DNA of 64,000 nucleotides from NCBI RefSeq assembly GCF_988243305.1, contig NZ_OZ547136.1; one strand, 5' to 3'. Shown piece by piece: positions 52,461 to 63,682 of this stretch (position 1 is its first letter; each line of letters starts with the position of its first letter). The notes under the pieces were generated by a model. It saw only the letters and a program-made list of their open reading frames with translations, ran no database searches and was not told where the DNA came from. The position numbers and the translations under genes were made by a program.

Positions 52461-53399
52461 CTAACCAACTTCAATTAATTGCCTTCGTCTACACCCATTA
52501 TAAGATGAATACTCTTTGGCTAATTCCACCAAAACCGATGCTGCTTTTTTAATACGATAATTTTTCGACCATACCGCGGCATATTGTGCCACAGGTAATG
52601 TTTCTTCAACCGGAATAGTAATAAATTGATTTGAACCAAAAGGTGATGTCATATCACAAGGAATTACAGTTAAGAAATCAGCATTGAGAACAAGATTATA
52701 AATTGTCACGACTGAGTCGGTTTTAACGATGTTTTCAATACTGATGCCATTCCTTTGTAACGTAGTAAGTAGCTCGCTGTAGTACCCCATATTGGTTTGT
52801 GGCAACACCCACTGTTCGTTCTTCAACGACTCCAGCGTGGTGGTGCCGGTGCATGTTCGGGACTTACTGGCTACCAGCACAAACTCGGACTCGAACAGCG
52901 GCTCAACATGTAAATCCTGAAGCTTCATTTCTGCGCTTAACGTACCAATCGCAAAATCCAGTCGACCGTCGCGGATTGCCGGTAAGAACGAAGACAGTTG
53001 CGCTTCATACATAGAAACCTGCGCTTTCGGGAACACCTCTTTGAACTTGTTGATCATCCCTGACATAAAAGTAAAACCAATCAATGAAGGAAAACCAAAT
53101 GAGACTTCCACCACCGCCTCAGAAGACATACCGCTTATCTCATTAACCATATTTTTCATTTCACGGGTAATGGATTCGGAACGGGAGAGTAACAATTGAC
53201 CGGCAGGTGTTAATGTTACACCGGTATTTTTCCGCACCACTAATTCCACGCCAAAATAATCTTCAATATCGTTAATGATTTTACTGACAGCCGGTTGAGT
53301 TAACCCTAATTCTTTTGCAGCCGAGCCGATAGAACCACTTCTAATGACTTCCTGAAAGACTACCAGGTGTTGCGTTTTCGGAAGAAGAATAGTGCTCAT
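52461..53399 (-). CDS. tdcA: LysR-family activator of the tdc operon
   Basis: 312-aa ORF with N-terminal HTH. Confidence 0.95.
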   Translation of the reverse strand: MSTILLPKTQHLVVFQEVIRSGSIGSAAKELGLTQPAVSKIINDIEDYFGVELVVRKNTGVTLTPAGQLLLSRSESITREMKNMVNEISGMSSEAVVEVSFGFPSLIGFTFMSGMINKFKEVFPKAQVSMYEAQLSSFLPAIRDGRLDFAIGTLSAEMKLQDLHVEPLFESEFVLVASKSRTCTGTTTLESLKNEQWVLPQTNMGYYSELLTTLQRNGISIENIVKTDSVVTIYNLVLNADFLTVIPCDMTSPFGSNQFITIPVEETLPVAQYAAVWSKNYRIKKAASVLVELAKEYSSYNGCRRRQLIEVG

Positions 53400-53713
53400 A
53401 ACGACCTACGTTAATTACCTCATTGACGGCATGAAGTGTATCAAAATGAAATGAACAGGATATGTGCGACCACTCACAAATTAACTTTCAATACTTTCCA
53501 TGGTATCGTTATTCCAATTAAATATCTTTATATATCAATAAGTTAAAGTATAAAAATCAGCATAAACCCTGATTTTTGTCAAAAAAAATGACGGGGATAA
53601 CCATATTTTATGGCGATAACATCATTCGTTATGTGGTTAATACAAAAAAGGGGCTGAGACCATATTTCAAGCAATTACCGGATAATTACCAGGCAAATTT
53701 TGAGTTAAATTTA

Positions 53714-53932
53714 ATGAGCAAGTTCTCAAATTTTATTATAAATAAATCATTTTCAGCGATAAATAATGCGGCACGTCACATTTTTTCACGCTATTTGTTG
53801 GAGAACAAACATTTATTTTATCAATATGTTAAAATTTCGAATACAGGTATTGATCATCTCGAACAATTGATTAACGTCAACTTTTTCTCTTCTGACAGGA
53901 CGTCATTTTGTGAATGCAATCGTTTTCCATAA
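53714..53932 (+). CDS. tdcR: small tdc regulatory protein TdcR
   Basis: 72-aa product (MSKFSNFIINKSF...) inside the 118-aa track ORF, divergent from tdcA; AT-rich. Confidence 0.65.
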   Translation: MSKFSNFIINKSFSAINNAARHIFSRYLLENKHLFYQYVKISNTGIDHLEQLINVNFFSSDRTSFCECNRFP

Positions 53933-54234
53933 ATTCTTCTCCCCTCATAGGTGACGAATAGCATTTTGTGTTGAGGATCACAAAACGAATAATTGCTGGT
54001 CGCCGCGATAAGGTCAGCCAAAGACAACAAGGGGAATTTTCACAGAGCTTTTGATCGGCGTAGGCCACAGAATGTTGCTTCGTTTACTGTAATGCCGGGT
54101 AAATGAGCGTTTTTTGATAGTGCGAAAGTGCCGTGTGAGGAAAATAAGCATCTATTATTGTTTGTCATGATGACAAGGCAGGCATCAATGAAAGGCTTCC
54201 CAATTGCACATATTTTCACCCTTCAATCCCGCCA

Positions 54235-54726
54235 ATGCACGCAGTGGTTAACAATCACAACAGAAATATTGATTATTGGACGGTAAAAAGAAAGTTTGCA
54301 GAAATTGTCTCCACCAATGACGTTAATAAAATATACAGTATAAGTAATGAACTGCGGAGAGTATTATCTGCAATTACTGCATTGAACTTCTATCAAGGCG
54401 ATGTTCCTTCTGTCATGATTCGAATCCAACCGGAAAATATGAGTCCATTCATCATAGATATTTCTACAGGAGAACATGACGATTATATCATACAAACATT
54501 AGATGTAGGCACTTTTGCACCTTTTGGCGAACAATGTACTTGCTCAGCCGTCAATAAAAAAGAGCTGGAGTGTATTAAGGAGACGATTTCTAAGTATTGT
54601 GCAAAATTCACCCGAAAAGAAGCCATCTTAACCCCCCCTACGTACTTTAATAAAACCTCCATTCCTTCAGATTGTTGGCAAATTCTCTTTTTTTCACCCG
54701 ATCATTTTAATAATGATTTTTATTGA
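54235..54726 (+). CDS. yhaB: uncharacterised protein YhaB
   Basis: 163-aa ORF from first Met in low-GC DNA; K-12 synteny; true start uncertain. Confidence 0.65.
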   Translation: MHAVVNNHNRNIDYWTVKRKFAEIVSTNDVNKIYSISNELRRVLSAITALNFYQGDVPSVMIRIQPENMSPFIIDISTGEHDDYIIQTLDVGTFAPFGEQCTCSAVNKKELECIKETISKYCAKFTRKEAILTPPTYFNKTSIPSDCWQILFFSPDHFNNDFY

Positions 54727-54747
54727 TTATTTATAAAGGATAAAATA

Positions 54748-55935
54748 ATGTCCCCTGTTTCATCAATTGGTAATGATATTAGTAGTGATTTAGCCCGTCG
54801 AAAAATGAATGATCTTCCTGAAAGCCCCATAGGAAATAACCTCGAAGCACTAGCACCAGGAATAGAAAAACTAAAACGGACCTCTATTGAAATGGTCACT
54901 TTACTTAACGCGTTACAACCAGGTGGGAAATGTGTTATCACTGGTGATTTTCAAAAAGAATTAGCGTACTTACAAAATGTAATTCTTTATAATGACTCGT
55001 CTCTTCGTATGGATTTTTTTGGTTATAACGCCCGAATTATTCAACGATCAGACAATACCTGTGAACTTACAATTAATGAACCGTTAAAAAACCAGGAAAT
55101 ATCCACAGGCAATATCAATGTTAATCGCCCATTGAAAGACATTTACAATGAAATCAGGAGATTGAACGTAATCTTTAGTTGTGGGACTGGAGGTATAGTT
55201 GATCTATCCTCTCTGGACTTACGGAATGTCGATTTAGAACTTTATGATTTTACAGATAAACATATGGCCAATACAATTTTAAATCCTTTTAAATTGGATG
55301 ACACAGATTTTACTAATGCCAACATGTTTCAGGTAAATTTCGTTAGTTCAAAACAAAACGCCACAATCTCATGGGATTATTTGCTAAAAATAACGCCTGT
55401 TATAACAAGCATTAACGATATGTATTCTGAAGAAAAAATTAAGCTTGTCGAAAGTTGTTTAAATGCGCTTGGAGATATTACCGAAGAACAATTAAAAATT
55501 ATGAGACTTGCAATTATAGAATCTATACCAAGAGCAACTCTAACAGATCAATTAGAAAATGAATTAACAAAAGAAATATATAAAAGCTCATCGAAAATTA
55601 ACAATTACTTGAGCAGAATTAAATTGCCAGAGATGAAAGTATTCTCATCAGAAAAAATAGATTATTACATCGATATAATCATTAAAGATTATGAAAGCGT
55701 CAAAGAAAATGCTTATCTGATCGTTCCAAAAATTAATTACAATACAGATTTAGACATAGAGGACTCTAGCTCAGAGGAATTCCTTCCAGATAATACACCC
55801 GAGAAAGACGAAAATTCTCCAGACAATTGCTTTGAGGTCGTAAAATATAACACATATGAAGCTTATAACTCAGAGAAGCAATATTTTACCAGAGAGGACT
55901 ATACGTATGATTACGACCTTTTAAATGCAATATAG
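54748..55935 (+). CDS. yhaC: uncharacterised protein YhaC with pentapeptide-repeat-like central segment
   Basis: 395-aa low-GC ORF; segment DLSSLDLRNVDLELYDFTDKHMANTILNPFKLDDTDFTNANMFQVNF resembles pentapeptide repeats. Confidence 0.8.
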   Translation: MSPVSSIGNDISSDLARRKMNDLPESPIGNNLEALAPGIEKLKRTSIEMVTLLNALQPGGKCVITGDFQKELAYLQNVILYNDSSLRMDFFGYNARIIQRSDNTCELTINEPLKNQEISTGNINVNRPLKDIYNEIRRLNVIFSCGTGGIVDLSSLDLRNVDLELYDFTDKHMANTILNPFKLDDTDFTNANMFQVNFVSSKQNATISWDYLLKITPVITSINDMYSEEKIKLVESCLNALGDITEEQLKIMRLAIIESIPRATLTDQLENELTKEIYKSSSKINNYLSRIKLPEMKVFSSEKIDYYIDIIIKDYESVKENAYLIVPKINYNTDLDIEDSSSEEFLPDNTPEKDENSPDNCFEVVKYNTYEAYNSEKQYFTREDYTYDYDLLNAI

Positions 55936-56005
55936 ACTTAATAATTTCTTACAAAGTCTATTATTAATACCGTAGATATTTATTCATCTTACACTATGCT
56001 CCAAA

Positions 56006-56033
56006 AAGCAAAAACCCGCCGAAGCGGGTTTTT
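56006..56033. terminator. bidirectional intrinsic terminator (rnpB on minus strand, yhaC on plus)
   Basis: stem acccgc/gcgggt with cgaa loop, flanked by A-run and T-run. Confidence 0.7.
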
Positions 56034-56042
56034 ACGTAAAAC

Positions 56043-56419
<377 letters not shown>

Positions 56420-56451
56420 GGCGCGCAGTATAGAGGGTTTGCGCGCCCTTG

Positions 56452-57597
56452 TCACCCCGCGTTGCGCATTCCAATCGCCAGTGTCGCGGCGATATTACGT
56501 GAAGCACGGCAGATATTGTCATAAGCCCCGCGGAATGCTTCGTCCAACGTACCAATGCTGGTCAATACGCTGAAGACCGCATCAATGCCATGCTGATGTA
56601 CAACGCCAACATCATTGGTCAGGCTACCCGCAATGCCAATCACCGGTTTATGGTACTTTTTTGCCACGTTTGCAACGCCAATCGGAACCTTGCCGTGAAT
56701 ACTCTGGCTGTCAATACGCCCTTCACCGGTGATCACCAGCGTACAATCGTGAATATGTTCCTCCAGATTCAGCGCCGTCGTGACGATTTCAATACCACTT
56801 TTCAGTTCCGCACCAAGAAACGCCATCAGCGCCGCGCCCATACCGCCCGCAGCTCCTGCGCCGGGGACATCTTTCACATCAACATGCAGCGCTTTTTTAA
56901 TGACATCGGCATAGTGAGAGAGGTTATTGTCCAGCTCGACAATCATCGCTTCACTGGCTCCCTTTTGTGGGCCAAAGATGCGCGATGCGCCGTTATCGCC
57001 CACCAGCGGATTGGTGACATCACAAGCGACACGAATGGCGCAATCTTTTAAGCGCGGATCGAGGCCGGAAATATCAATATCATTCAGAGTATTAAGGCTA
57101 CCACCGCCAAAACCAATTTCATTGCCGTTGGCGTCGCATAATTTCGCCCCCAGCGCCTGTACCATGCCTGCGCCGCCATCATTTGTGGCGCTGCCGCCAA
57201 TGCCGATAATAATGTTTGTCGCGCCGCTCTCCAGCGCCTGTAGGATTAACTCGCCTGTGCCGCGTGAAGTGGTCACGAGTGGATCACGTTTTTCCGCAGG
57301 TACCAGTTCCAGTCCACTGGCCGCCGCCATTTCAATAAACGCGGTTTTGCCATCGCCGGAGATCCCCCAACTGGCATTCACTTTCTCGCCCAGCGGCCCT
57401 GTAACCCAGGCGTGACGTTCAGAACCCTGGGTAGCTGCAATCATCGCTTCCACCGTTCCTTCGCCACCATCGGCAACCGGAACAGAAACGTACTGTGCAT
57501 CAGGAAAAATTTCCCGAAATCCTTTTTCTATCGCCTGCGCAACCTCGCTGGCAGATAAACTTTCTTTATAAGAGTCTGGGGCGATTACGATTTTCAT
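56452..57597 (-). CDS. garK: glycerate 2-kinase
   Basis: 381-aa product from ATG at 57597 (MKIVIAPDSYKESLSASEVAQ...); track ORF extends 27 codons upstream. Confidence 0.9.
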   Translation of the reverse strand: MKIVIAPDSYKESLSASEVAQAIEKGFREIFPDAQYVSVPVADGGEGTVEAMIAATQGSERHAWVTGPLGEKVNASWGISGDGKTAFIEMAAASGLELVPAEKRDPLVTTSRGTGELILQALESGATNIIIGIGGSATNDGGAGMVQALGAKLCDANGNEIGFGGGSLNTLNDIDISGLDPRLKDCAIRVACDVTNPLVGDNGASRIFGPQKGASEAMIVELDNNLSHYADVIKKALHVDVKDVPGAGAAGGMGAALMAFLGAELKSGIEIVTTALNLEEHIHDCTLVITGEGRIDSQSIHGKVPIGVANVAKKYHKPVIGIAGSLTNDVGVVHQHGIDAVFSVLTSIGTLDEAFRGAYDNICRASRNIAATLAIGMRNAG

Positions 57598-57693
57598 ACC
57601 TATGCCTGTTACCACATGACGCCGGAGGGCGTTTCTCTTATTCGGCCTGGATTCCAGGCCCGGATTGCAATACGCCATCCGGGCACGACGTCA

Positions 57694-58578
57694 TTAACGA
57701 GTAACTTCGACTTTCGCCAGTTTTTCGTAGTAGCACGCCAGGGCGCTATGATCTGCCGTTCCTAAACCATCTGCTCGCAGTGCCTGCATCATCTCCATAA
57801 CCGCAGCTGTGAGCGGCAGTTGCGCGCCGACGCCGTGGGAAGTATCCAGCGCATTTGCCAGATCCTTAATATGCAGATCAATACGGAAGCCCGGCTTGAA
57901 GTTGCGGTCCATCACCATCGGCGCTTTGGCATCCAGCACGGTACTGCCCGCCAGCCCACCGCGAATTGCCTGATACACCAGATCCGGGTTAACGCCCGCT
58001 TTGGTTGCCAGCGTTAACGCTTCTGACATCGCGGCAATATTCAGCGCCACAATGACCTGATTTGCCAGTTTGGTAACGTTACCTGCACCAATTTCCCCGG
58101 TATGCACCACGGAACCCGCCATTGCTTTCATCAAATCATAGTATTTGTCGAAAATAGCCTTGTCGCCGCCCACCATCACTGACAGCGTACCGTCGATAGC
58201 TTTCGGTTCACCGCCGCTCACCGGAGCATCCAGCATATCAATGCCTTTCGCTTTCAGCGCTTCGCTGATTTCACGGCTTGCCAGCGGTGCGATAGAACTC
58301 ATATCGATCAATACCGTACCTGGCTTCGCGCCTTCAATAATGCCATTCTCACCCAGCGCCACCTCTTTCACATGAGGGGAGTTTGGCAGCATGGTTATGA
58401 TGACGTCGCACTGTTCAGCGATCGCTTTAGCCGTAGAGGCTGTTTCTGCACCTGCAGCAATCACGTCAGCAATAGCTTCTGGGTTACGGTCAGCAACCAC
58501 CAGCGAGTAACCTGCTTTCAGAAGGTTTTTACTCATTGGTTTACCCATAATCCCCAGGCCAATAAAACCAACTTTCAT
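57694..58578 (-). CDS. garR: tartronate semialdehyde (2-hydroxy-3-oxopropionate) reductase
   Basis: ~294-aa product starting MKVGFIGLGIMGKPM (Rossmann); alternative in-frame starts at 58584 and 58593. Confidence 0.9.
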   Translation of the reverse strand: MKVGFIGLGIMGKPMSKNLLKAGYSLVVADRNPEAIADVIAAGAETASTAKAIAEQCDVIITMLPNSPHVKEVALGENGIIEGAKPGTVLIDMSSIAPLASREISEALKAKGIDMLDAPVSGGEPKAIDGTLSVMVGGDKAIFDKYYDLMKAMAGSVVHTGEIGAGNVTKLANQVIVALNIAAMSEALTLATKAGVNPDLVYQAIRGGLAGSTVLDAKAPMVMDRNFKPGFRIDLHIKDLANALDTSHGVGAQLPLTAAVMEMMQALRADGLGTADHSALACYYEKLAKVEVTR

Positions 58579-58613
58579 AGTCATATCAATCATCTCTCTT
58601 GTTGCGGTGGTGG

Positions 58614-59384
58614 TTATTTTTTAAAGGTATCAGCCAGTTTCTGAGTGGCAGAGCGGAAGACGCCGAGATCGCTACCTACAGCCACAAACGTCGCACCCCA
58701 TTCCAGATAACGACGCGCATCGGCTTCGACCGGTGCGAGGATACCGCTGGGTTTGCCGTGCGCACTGGCACGGTTAAAAATATGCTGAATTGCTTTTTGT
58801 ACATCCGGGTGCGAGGCATTGCCGAGATGGCCTAATGCCGCAGCCAGATCGCTGGGGCCGACGAAGATACCGTCTACGCCTTCGGTAGCGGCAATGGCAT
58901 CGACGTTATCTACGCCCTGCTGACTTTCTATCTGGACCAGAATGGTGATGTTCTTGTTCGACTGAGCGAAATAATCCGCCACGGTGCCAAACATATTGGC
59001 GCGGTGAGAAACGGAGACGCCGCGAATGCCTTCCGGTGGGTAACGGGTTGATGCCACCGCCTGCTCTGCTTCCTCTTTTGTTTCTACAAAAGGAATCAGG
59101 AAGTTATAGAAACCGATATCCAGAATACGCTTAATAATTACCGGCTCGTTGGTCGGCACTCGCACTACTGGCGCGCTGGCGCTGCCTTTCAGGGCCATTA
59201 ACTGCGGAATAAACGTGGAGATATCGTTTGGCGCATGTTCGCCATCCAACACCAGCCAGTCAAACCCAGCCAAACCAAGAACTTCAGTGCTAATCGGGTT
59301 AGAGAGTGCTGACCAGCAACCAATTTGTACCTGTTTCGCAGCCAGTGCGGCTTTGAATTTATTCGGGAAAACATCGTTATTCAT
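58614..59384 (-). CDS. garL: 5-keto-4-deoxy-D-glucarate aldolase
   Basis: 256-aa ORF matching K-12 GarL. Confidence 0.95.
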   Translation of the reverse strand: MNNDVFPNKFKAALAAKQVQIGCWSALSNPISTEVLGLAGFDWLVLDGEHAPNDISTFIPQLMALKGSASAPVVRVPTNEPVIIKRILDIGFYNFLIPFVETKEEAEQAVASTRYPPEGIRGVSVSHRANMFGTVADYFAQSNKNITILVQIESQQGVDNVDAIAATEGVDGIFVGPSDLAAALGHLGNASHPDVQKAIQHIFNRASAHGKPSGILAPVEADARRYLEWGATFVAVGSDLGVFRSATQKLADTFKK

Positions 59385-59399
59385 CGCTTATACCTTTGC

Positions 59400-60734
59400 T
59401 TATTTCTGCAATTCCATACGTTTAATGTCGCCAACTACGAAGAGGTAGCAGACCATCGCCATCAGCGCTGAACATCCCACGAAAACCAGTGCTGCATTGA
59501 AGGAGTGCAGTTCACTTACCAGGTAGCCAATCACCAGTGGAGTGACAATGGAGGCAACATTGCCAAAGACGTTAAAGACGCCGCCGCAGAGACCAACAAT
59601 CTCTTTCGGCGCGGTGTCAGAAATCACTGGCCAGCCCAGCGCACCAAATCCTTTGCCAAAGAAAGCCAGCGCCATCAGCATGACCACCAGCGTGGTGTTG
59701 TTGGTGTAGTTACATAAGATGATGGTGGAAGCCAGCAACATTCCCAGCACAATCGGTAGCTTACGTGCCAGGGTCAGGGATAAACCGCGTTTGATCAGAT
59801 AATCCGAGAAGACACCTCCCAGCACGCCGCCCGCAAAGCCACACAGTGCCGGAATCGAGGCGACCAGACCCACTTTCAGAATCGACATGCCTTTTTCCTG
59901 CACCAGATAAATTGGGAACCAGGTGAGGAAGAACCAGGTGATGGTGTTGATAAAATATTGTCCGAAAAATACGCCCAGCATCATGCGGTTAGAGAGCAAT
60001 TGCTTGATGTAATGCAGTTTGGGACCGCTTGCTGCCACACTGCCCGGCTTTTTGTGGTCCATATCGACCACCGCGCCATTTTCTGAGATAAACTTCAGCT
60101 CTTCCGCAGACATACGTGGGTGATCTGTCGGGTTATGAATCAACTTGATCCACAGCGCCGTCAGCACAAAACCAATTACCCCCATAACGGTAAAGACGTG
60201 CTCCCAGCCCCAGGCGAAAGTCAGCCAGCCAAGCAGCGGCGAAAAGAGCGCCAGCGAGAAATATTGCGCCGAGTTAAAGATGGCGGAGGCAGTACCACGT
60301 TCTTTCGTTGGGAACCAGGCGGCGACAATACGGGCGTTCGCCGGGAATGATGGCGCTTCCGAGAATCCCAGCATAAAGCGCATAAAGAACATGGAGATCC
60401 CTGCCCAGGCCAGCGGGAACATATCAACAAAGCCTTGCAGGAAGGTGAACAGCGACCAGAAAAAGAGGCTATAGGTGTAAACTTTTTTCGAGCCAAACTT
60501 ATCAAGCAGCCAGCCGCCGGGAATTTGCATCAGCAGGTAGGCCCAGCCAAAAGCGGAGAAGATGTAACCCATCGAAACCGCACTTAACTGCAACTCTTTT
60601 GCCACTTCGGTACCAGCAATAGACAGCGTTGCACGATCGGCGTAGTTAACGGCGGTAACAATAAAAATAATCAGTAATATTAAATAGCGGGTATGCACGC
60701 CTTTCTTTTTTACGTCAACGGTGTCCAGAATCAT
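59400..60734 (-). CDS. garP: galactarate/glucarate/glycerate MFS transporter
   Basis: 444-aa polytopic ORF matching K-12 GarP. Confidence 0.95.
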   Translation of the reverse strand: MILDTVDVKKKGVHTRYLILLIIFIVTAVNYADRATLSIAGTEVAKELQLSAVSMGYIFSAFGWAYLLMQIPGGWLLDKFGSKKVYTYSLFFWSLFTFLQGFVDMFPLAWAGISMFFMRFMLGFSEAPSFPANARIVAAWFPTKERGTASAIFNSAQYFSLALFSPLLGWLTFAWGWEHVFTVMGVIGFVLTALWIKLIHNPTDHPRMSAEELKFISENGAVVDMDHKKPGSVAASGPKLHYIKQLLSNRMMLGVFFGQYFINTITWFFLTWFPIYLVQEKGMSILKVGLVASIPALCGFAGGVLGGVFSDYLIKRGLSLTLARKLPIVLGMLLASTIILCNYTNNTTLVVMLMALAFFGKGFGALGWPVISDTAPKEIVGLCGGVFNVFGNVASIVTPLVIGYLVSELHSFNAALVFVGCSALMAMVCYLFVVGDIKRMELQK

Positions 60735-61108
60735 TTTATTTACCTCGGGTACTTATGCTGATTTTTATTATTATGGGGAAGGTGTTATTTATGAGTTTTA
60801 TTTATGCCGTTACGGCAATGAACTCGGGAATTAGTATAAGCAGCGCGAGAATAATAATCATTGTGCAAATGCTAATTTAATTAATACTATTTAAATATTA
60901 TTTTGAGCATATGCACATAAGGTTGCGCGCTAAAGCACAGATTTGCGCTTTACCTTACCGCGCGACACTGCAATCCCTGAAATGATTGACATTGATCACA
61001 TTTCTGCGTTTAAACTCCTGACATTCTTATTTCACCCAATGAAGTCATTTATTTTTAAATGAGACCAGGTCCTCATTTTAATAACCCCTGGCTGGAGAAT
61101 ATTGCACA
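60735..61108. promoter_or_regulatory. divergent garPLRK / garD control region (expected CdaR-dependent promoters)
   Basis: 374-bp AT-rich divergent intergenic region; individual sites not resolved. Confidence 0.4.
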
Positions 61109-62680
61109 ATGGCCAACATCGAAATCAGACAAGAAACGCCAACTGCGTTTTATATAAAAGTTCACGACACAGATAATGTGGCAATTATTGTTAATGATAA
61201 TGGCCTGAAAGCAGGAACGCGTTTTCCGGATGGGCTGGAATTAATTGAACATATTCCCCAGGGGCATAAAGTCGCATTGCTGGACATTCCGGCTAATGGT
61301 GAAATTATTCGTTATGGCGAAGTGATTGGTTACGCCGTACGCGCAATCCCACGCGGAAGCTGGATCGACGAATCAATGGTTGTACTACCGGAAGCGCCAC
61401 CGTTACACACGCTGCCACTGGCAACCAAAGTCCCGGAACCCTTACCGCCGCTGGAAGGATACACCTTTGAGGGCTATCGCAATGCCGATGGCAGCGTGGG
61501 CACTAAAAACCTGCTCGGCATCACCACCAGCGTCCACTGTGTGGCAGGCGTGGTGGACTATGTAGTAAAAATCATTGAACGCGATCTGCTACCGAAATAC
61601 CCGAACGTCGATGGCGTGGTGGGGCTGAATCATTTGTACGGTTGTGGCGTGGCGATTAACGCACCGGCGGCAGTTGTGCCTATTCGTACCATTCACAATA
61701 TTTCGCTGAACCCTAACTTTGGCGGCGAAGTAATGGTGATTGGTCTGGGTTGTGAAAAGTTGCAGCCTGAACGCCTGCTGACTGGAACGGATGATGTGCA
61801 AGCTATTCCAGTAGAAAGCGCCAGCATTGTCAGTTTGCAGGATGAAAAGCATGTCGGTTTTCAGTCCATGGTCGAGGATATTTTGCAGGTCGCCGAACGC
61901 CATTTGCACAAACTGAATCAACGGCAGCGAGAAACCTGTCCGGCTTCAGAACTGGTTGTCGGCATGCAGTGCGGCGGTAGCGATGCGTTTTCTGGCGTAA
62001 CGGCAAACCCGGCGGTTGGGTATGCGTCTGATCTACTGGTGCGCTGCGGCGCAACGGTGATGTTTTCAGAAGTCACGGAAGTGCGTGACGCGATCCATCT
62101 GCTGACACCACGCGCAGTGAACGAAGAGGTCGGTAAACGGCTGCTGGAGGAGATGGAGTGGTACGATAACTATCTCAATATGGGAAAAACCGACCGCAGC
62201 GCCAACCCTTCGCCGGGCAACAAGAAAGGCGGTCTGGCAAACGTGGTGGAGAAGGCACTCGGCTCCATTGCTAAATCGGGTAAAAGCGCAATTGTTGAAG
62301 TGCTGTCGCCCGGTCAACGCCCGACTAAACGCGGATTAATTTACGCCGCGACGCCAGCCAGCGATTTTGTCTGTGGCACGCAACAGGTGGCTTCGGGTAT
62401 CACCGTGCAAGTGTTTACGACCGGTCGTGGTACGCCGTACGGCCTGATGGCGGTACCCGTCATTAAAATGGCGACCCGCACCGAGCTGGCGAACCGCTGG
62501 TTTGATTTAATGGATATTAACGCGGGCACTATCGCTACCGGCGAAGAAACCATTGAAGAAGTGGGCTGGAAGTTGTTCCACTTTATTCTCGACGTCGCCA
62601 GCGGGAAGAAGAAAACTTTCTCGGATCAATGGGGACTGCATAACCAGCTGGCGGTGTTTAACCCGGCACCGGTGACCTGA
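61109..62680 (+). CDS. garD: galactarate dehydratase
   Basis: 523-aa ORF; paralogous to uxaA in this window (shared N-terminal MxYIKIHxxDNVAxAL-like start and C-terminal motifs). Confidence 0.95.
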   Translation: MANIEIRQETPTAFYIKVHDTDNVAIIVNDNGLKAGTRFPDGLELIEHIPQGHKVALLDIPANGEIIRYGEVIGYAVRAIPRGSWIDESMVVLPEAPPLHTLPLATKVPEPLPPLEGYTFEGYRNADGSVGTKNLLGITTSVHCVAGVVDYVVKIIERDLLPKYPNVDGVVGLNHLYGCGVAINAPAAVVPIRTIHNISLNPNFGGEVMVIGLGCEKLQPERLLTGTDDVQAIPVESASIVSLQDEKHVGFQSMVEDILQVAERHLHKLNQRQRETCPASELVVGMQCGGSDAFSGVTANPAVGYASDLLVRCGATVMFSEVTEVRDAIHLLTPRAVNEEVGKRLLEEMEWYDNYLNMGKTDRSANPSPGNKKGGLANVVEKALGSIAKSGKSAIVEVLSPGQRPTKRGLIYAATPASDFVCGTQQVASGITVQVFTTGRGTPYGLMAVPVIKMATRTELANRWFDLMDINAGTIATGEETIEEVGWKLFHFILDVASGKKKTFSDQWGLHNQLAVFNPAPVT

Positions 62681-62828
62681 TTTCTTTTGGAACGTCCCTC
62701 GCAAAACATGGCCTTAGTGCCATGTTTTTATTATTTAAAGCCCCCACGTCCATTAATAATGCATTTGCATTACCTTAGTTCAAGCTTATAATTTGAGCAG
62801 AAAACAGGCTGTAAAAGGACAGTGAATC

Positions 62829-63164
62829 ATGCCCGCTAATGCTCGCTCTCACGCTGTACTGACCACTGAATCAAAGGTCACGATACGCGGACAAACAACT
62901 ATCCCCGCGCCAGTGCGTGAGGCCTTAAAACTGAAGCCAGGCCTGGACAGCATTCATTACGAAATTCTGCCTGGTGGGCAAGTATTTATGTGCCGACTGG
63001 GAGATGAACAGGAGGATCATACTATGAATGCATTTTTGCGTTTTCTGGATGCAGATATCCAGAACACCCCGCAAAAAACTCGTCCATTCAACATTCAACA
63101 AGGAAAGAAACTTGTCGCTGGCATGGACGTCAACATTGATGATGAGATTGGCGACGACGAATAA
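62829..63164 (+). CDS. prlF: antitoxin PrlF (SohA), AbrB-type
   Basis: 111-aa ORF; stop overlaps yhaV start. Confidence 0.9.
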   Translation: MPANARSHAVLTTESKVTIRGQTTIPAPVREALKLKPGLDSIHYEILPGGQVFMCRLGDEQEDHTMNAFLRFLDADIQNTPQKTRPFNIQQGKKLVAGMDVNIDDEIGDDE

Positions 63165-63628
63165 TGGATTTTCCACAAAGGGTTAATGGTTGGGCGCTAT
63201 ATGCTCATCCCTGTTTTCAGGAAACCTACGACGCTTTAGTTGCCGAAGTCGAGACATTAAAGGGAAAAGATCCTGAAAATTATCAGAGAAAAGCCGCCAC
63301 AAAGTTATTGGCGGTAGTCCATAAAGTGATTGAGGAGCATATCACGGTCAATCCATCATCACCGGCATTCCGTCATGGCAAGTCGTTAGGCTCTGGGAAA
63401 AATAAAGACTGGTCACGGGTAAAATTTGGTGCTGGTCGTTATCGTCTCTTCTTTCGTTATAGTGAAAAAGAGAAAGTCATCATTCTGGGATGGATGAACG
63501 ATGAAAACACTCTGCGCACCTACGGTAAAAAAACAGATGCCTATACCGTATTCAGCAAAATGTTAAAAAGAGGACATCCTCCTGCCGACTGGGAAACCCT
63601 CACCCGAGAGACAGAAGAAACCCATTGA
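63164..63628 (+). CDS. yhaV: toxin YhaV (RelE/ParE-like ribonuclease)
   Basis: 154-aa ORF translationally coupled to prlF. Confidence 0.9.
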   Translation: MDFPQRVNGWALYAHPCFQETYDALVAEVETLKGKDPENYQRKAATKLLAVVHKVIEEHITVNPSSPAFRHGKSLGSGKNKDWSRVKFGAGRYRLFFRYSEKEKVIILGWMNDENTLRTYGKKTDAYTVFSKMLKRGHPPADWETLTRETEETH

Positions 63629-63682
63629 TGGTGTTCACAATGCCCGCCGAACGCATTCGTGTTGACCAGCGGGCACCCTTTC

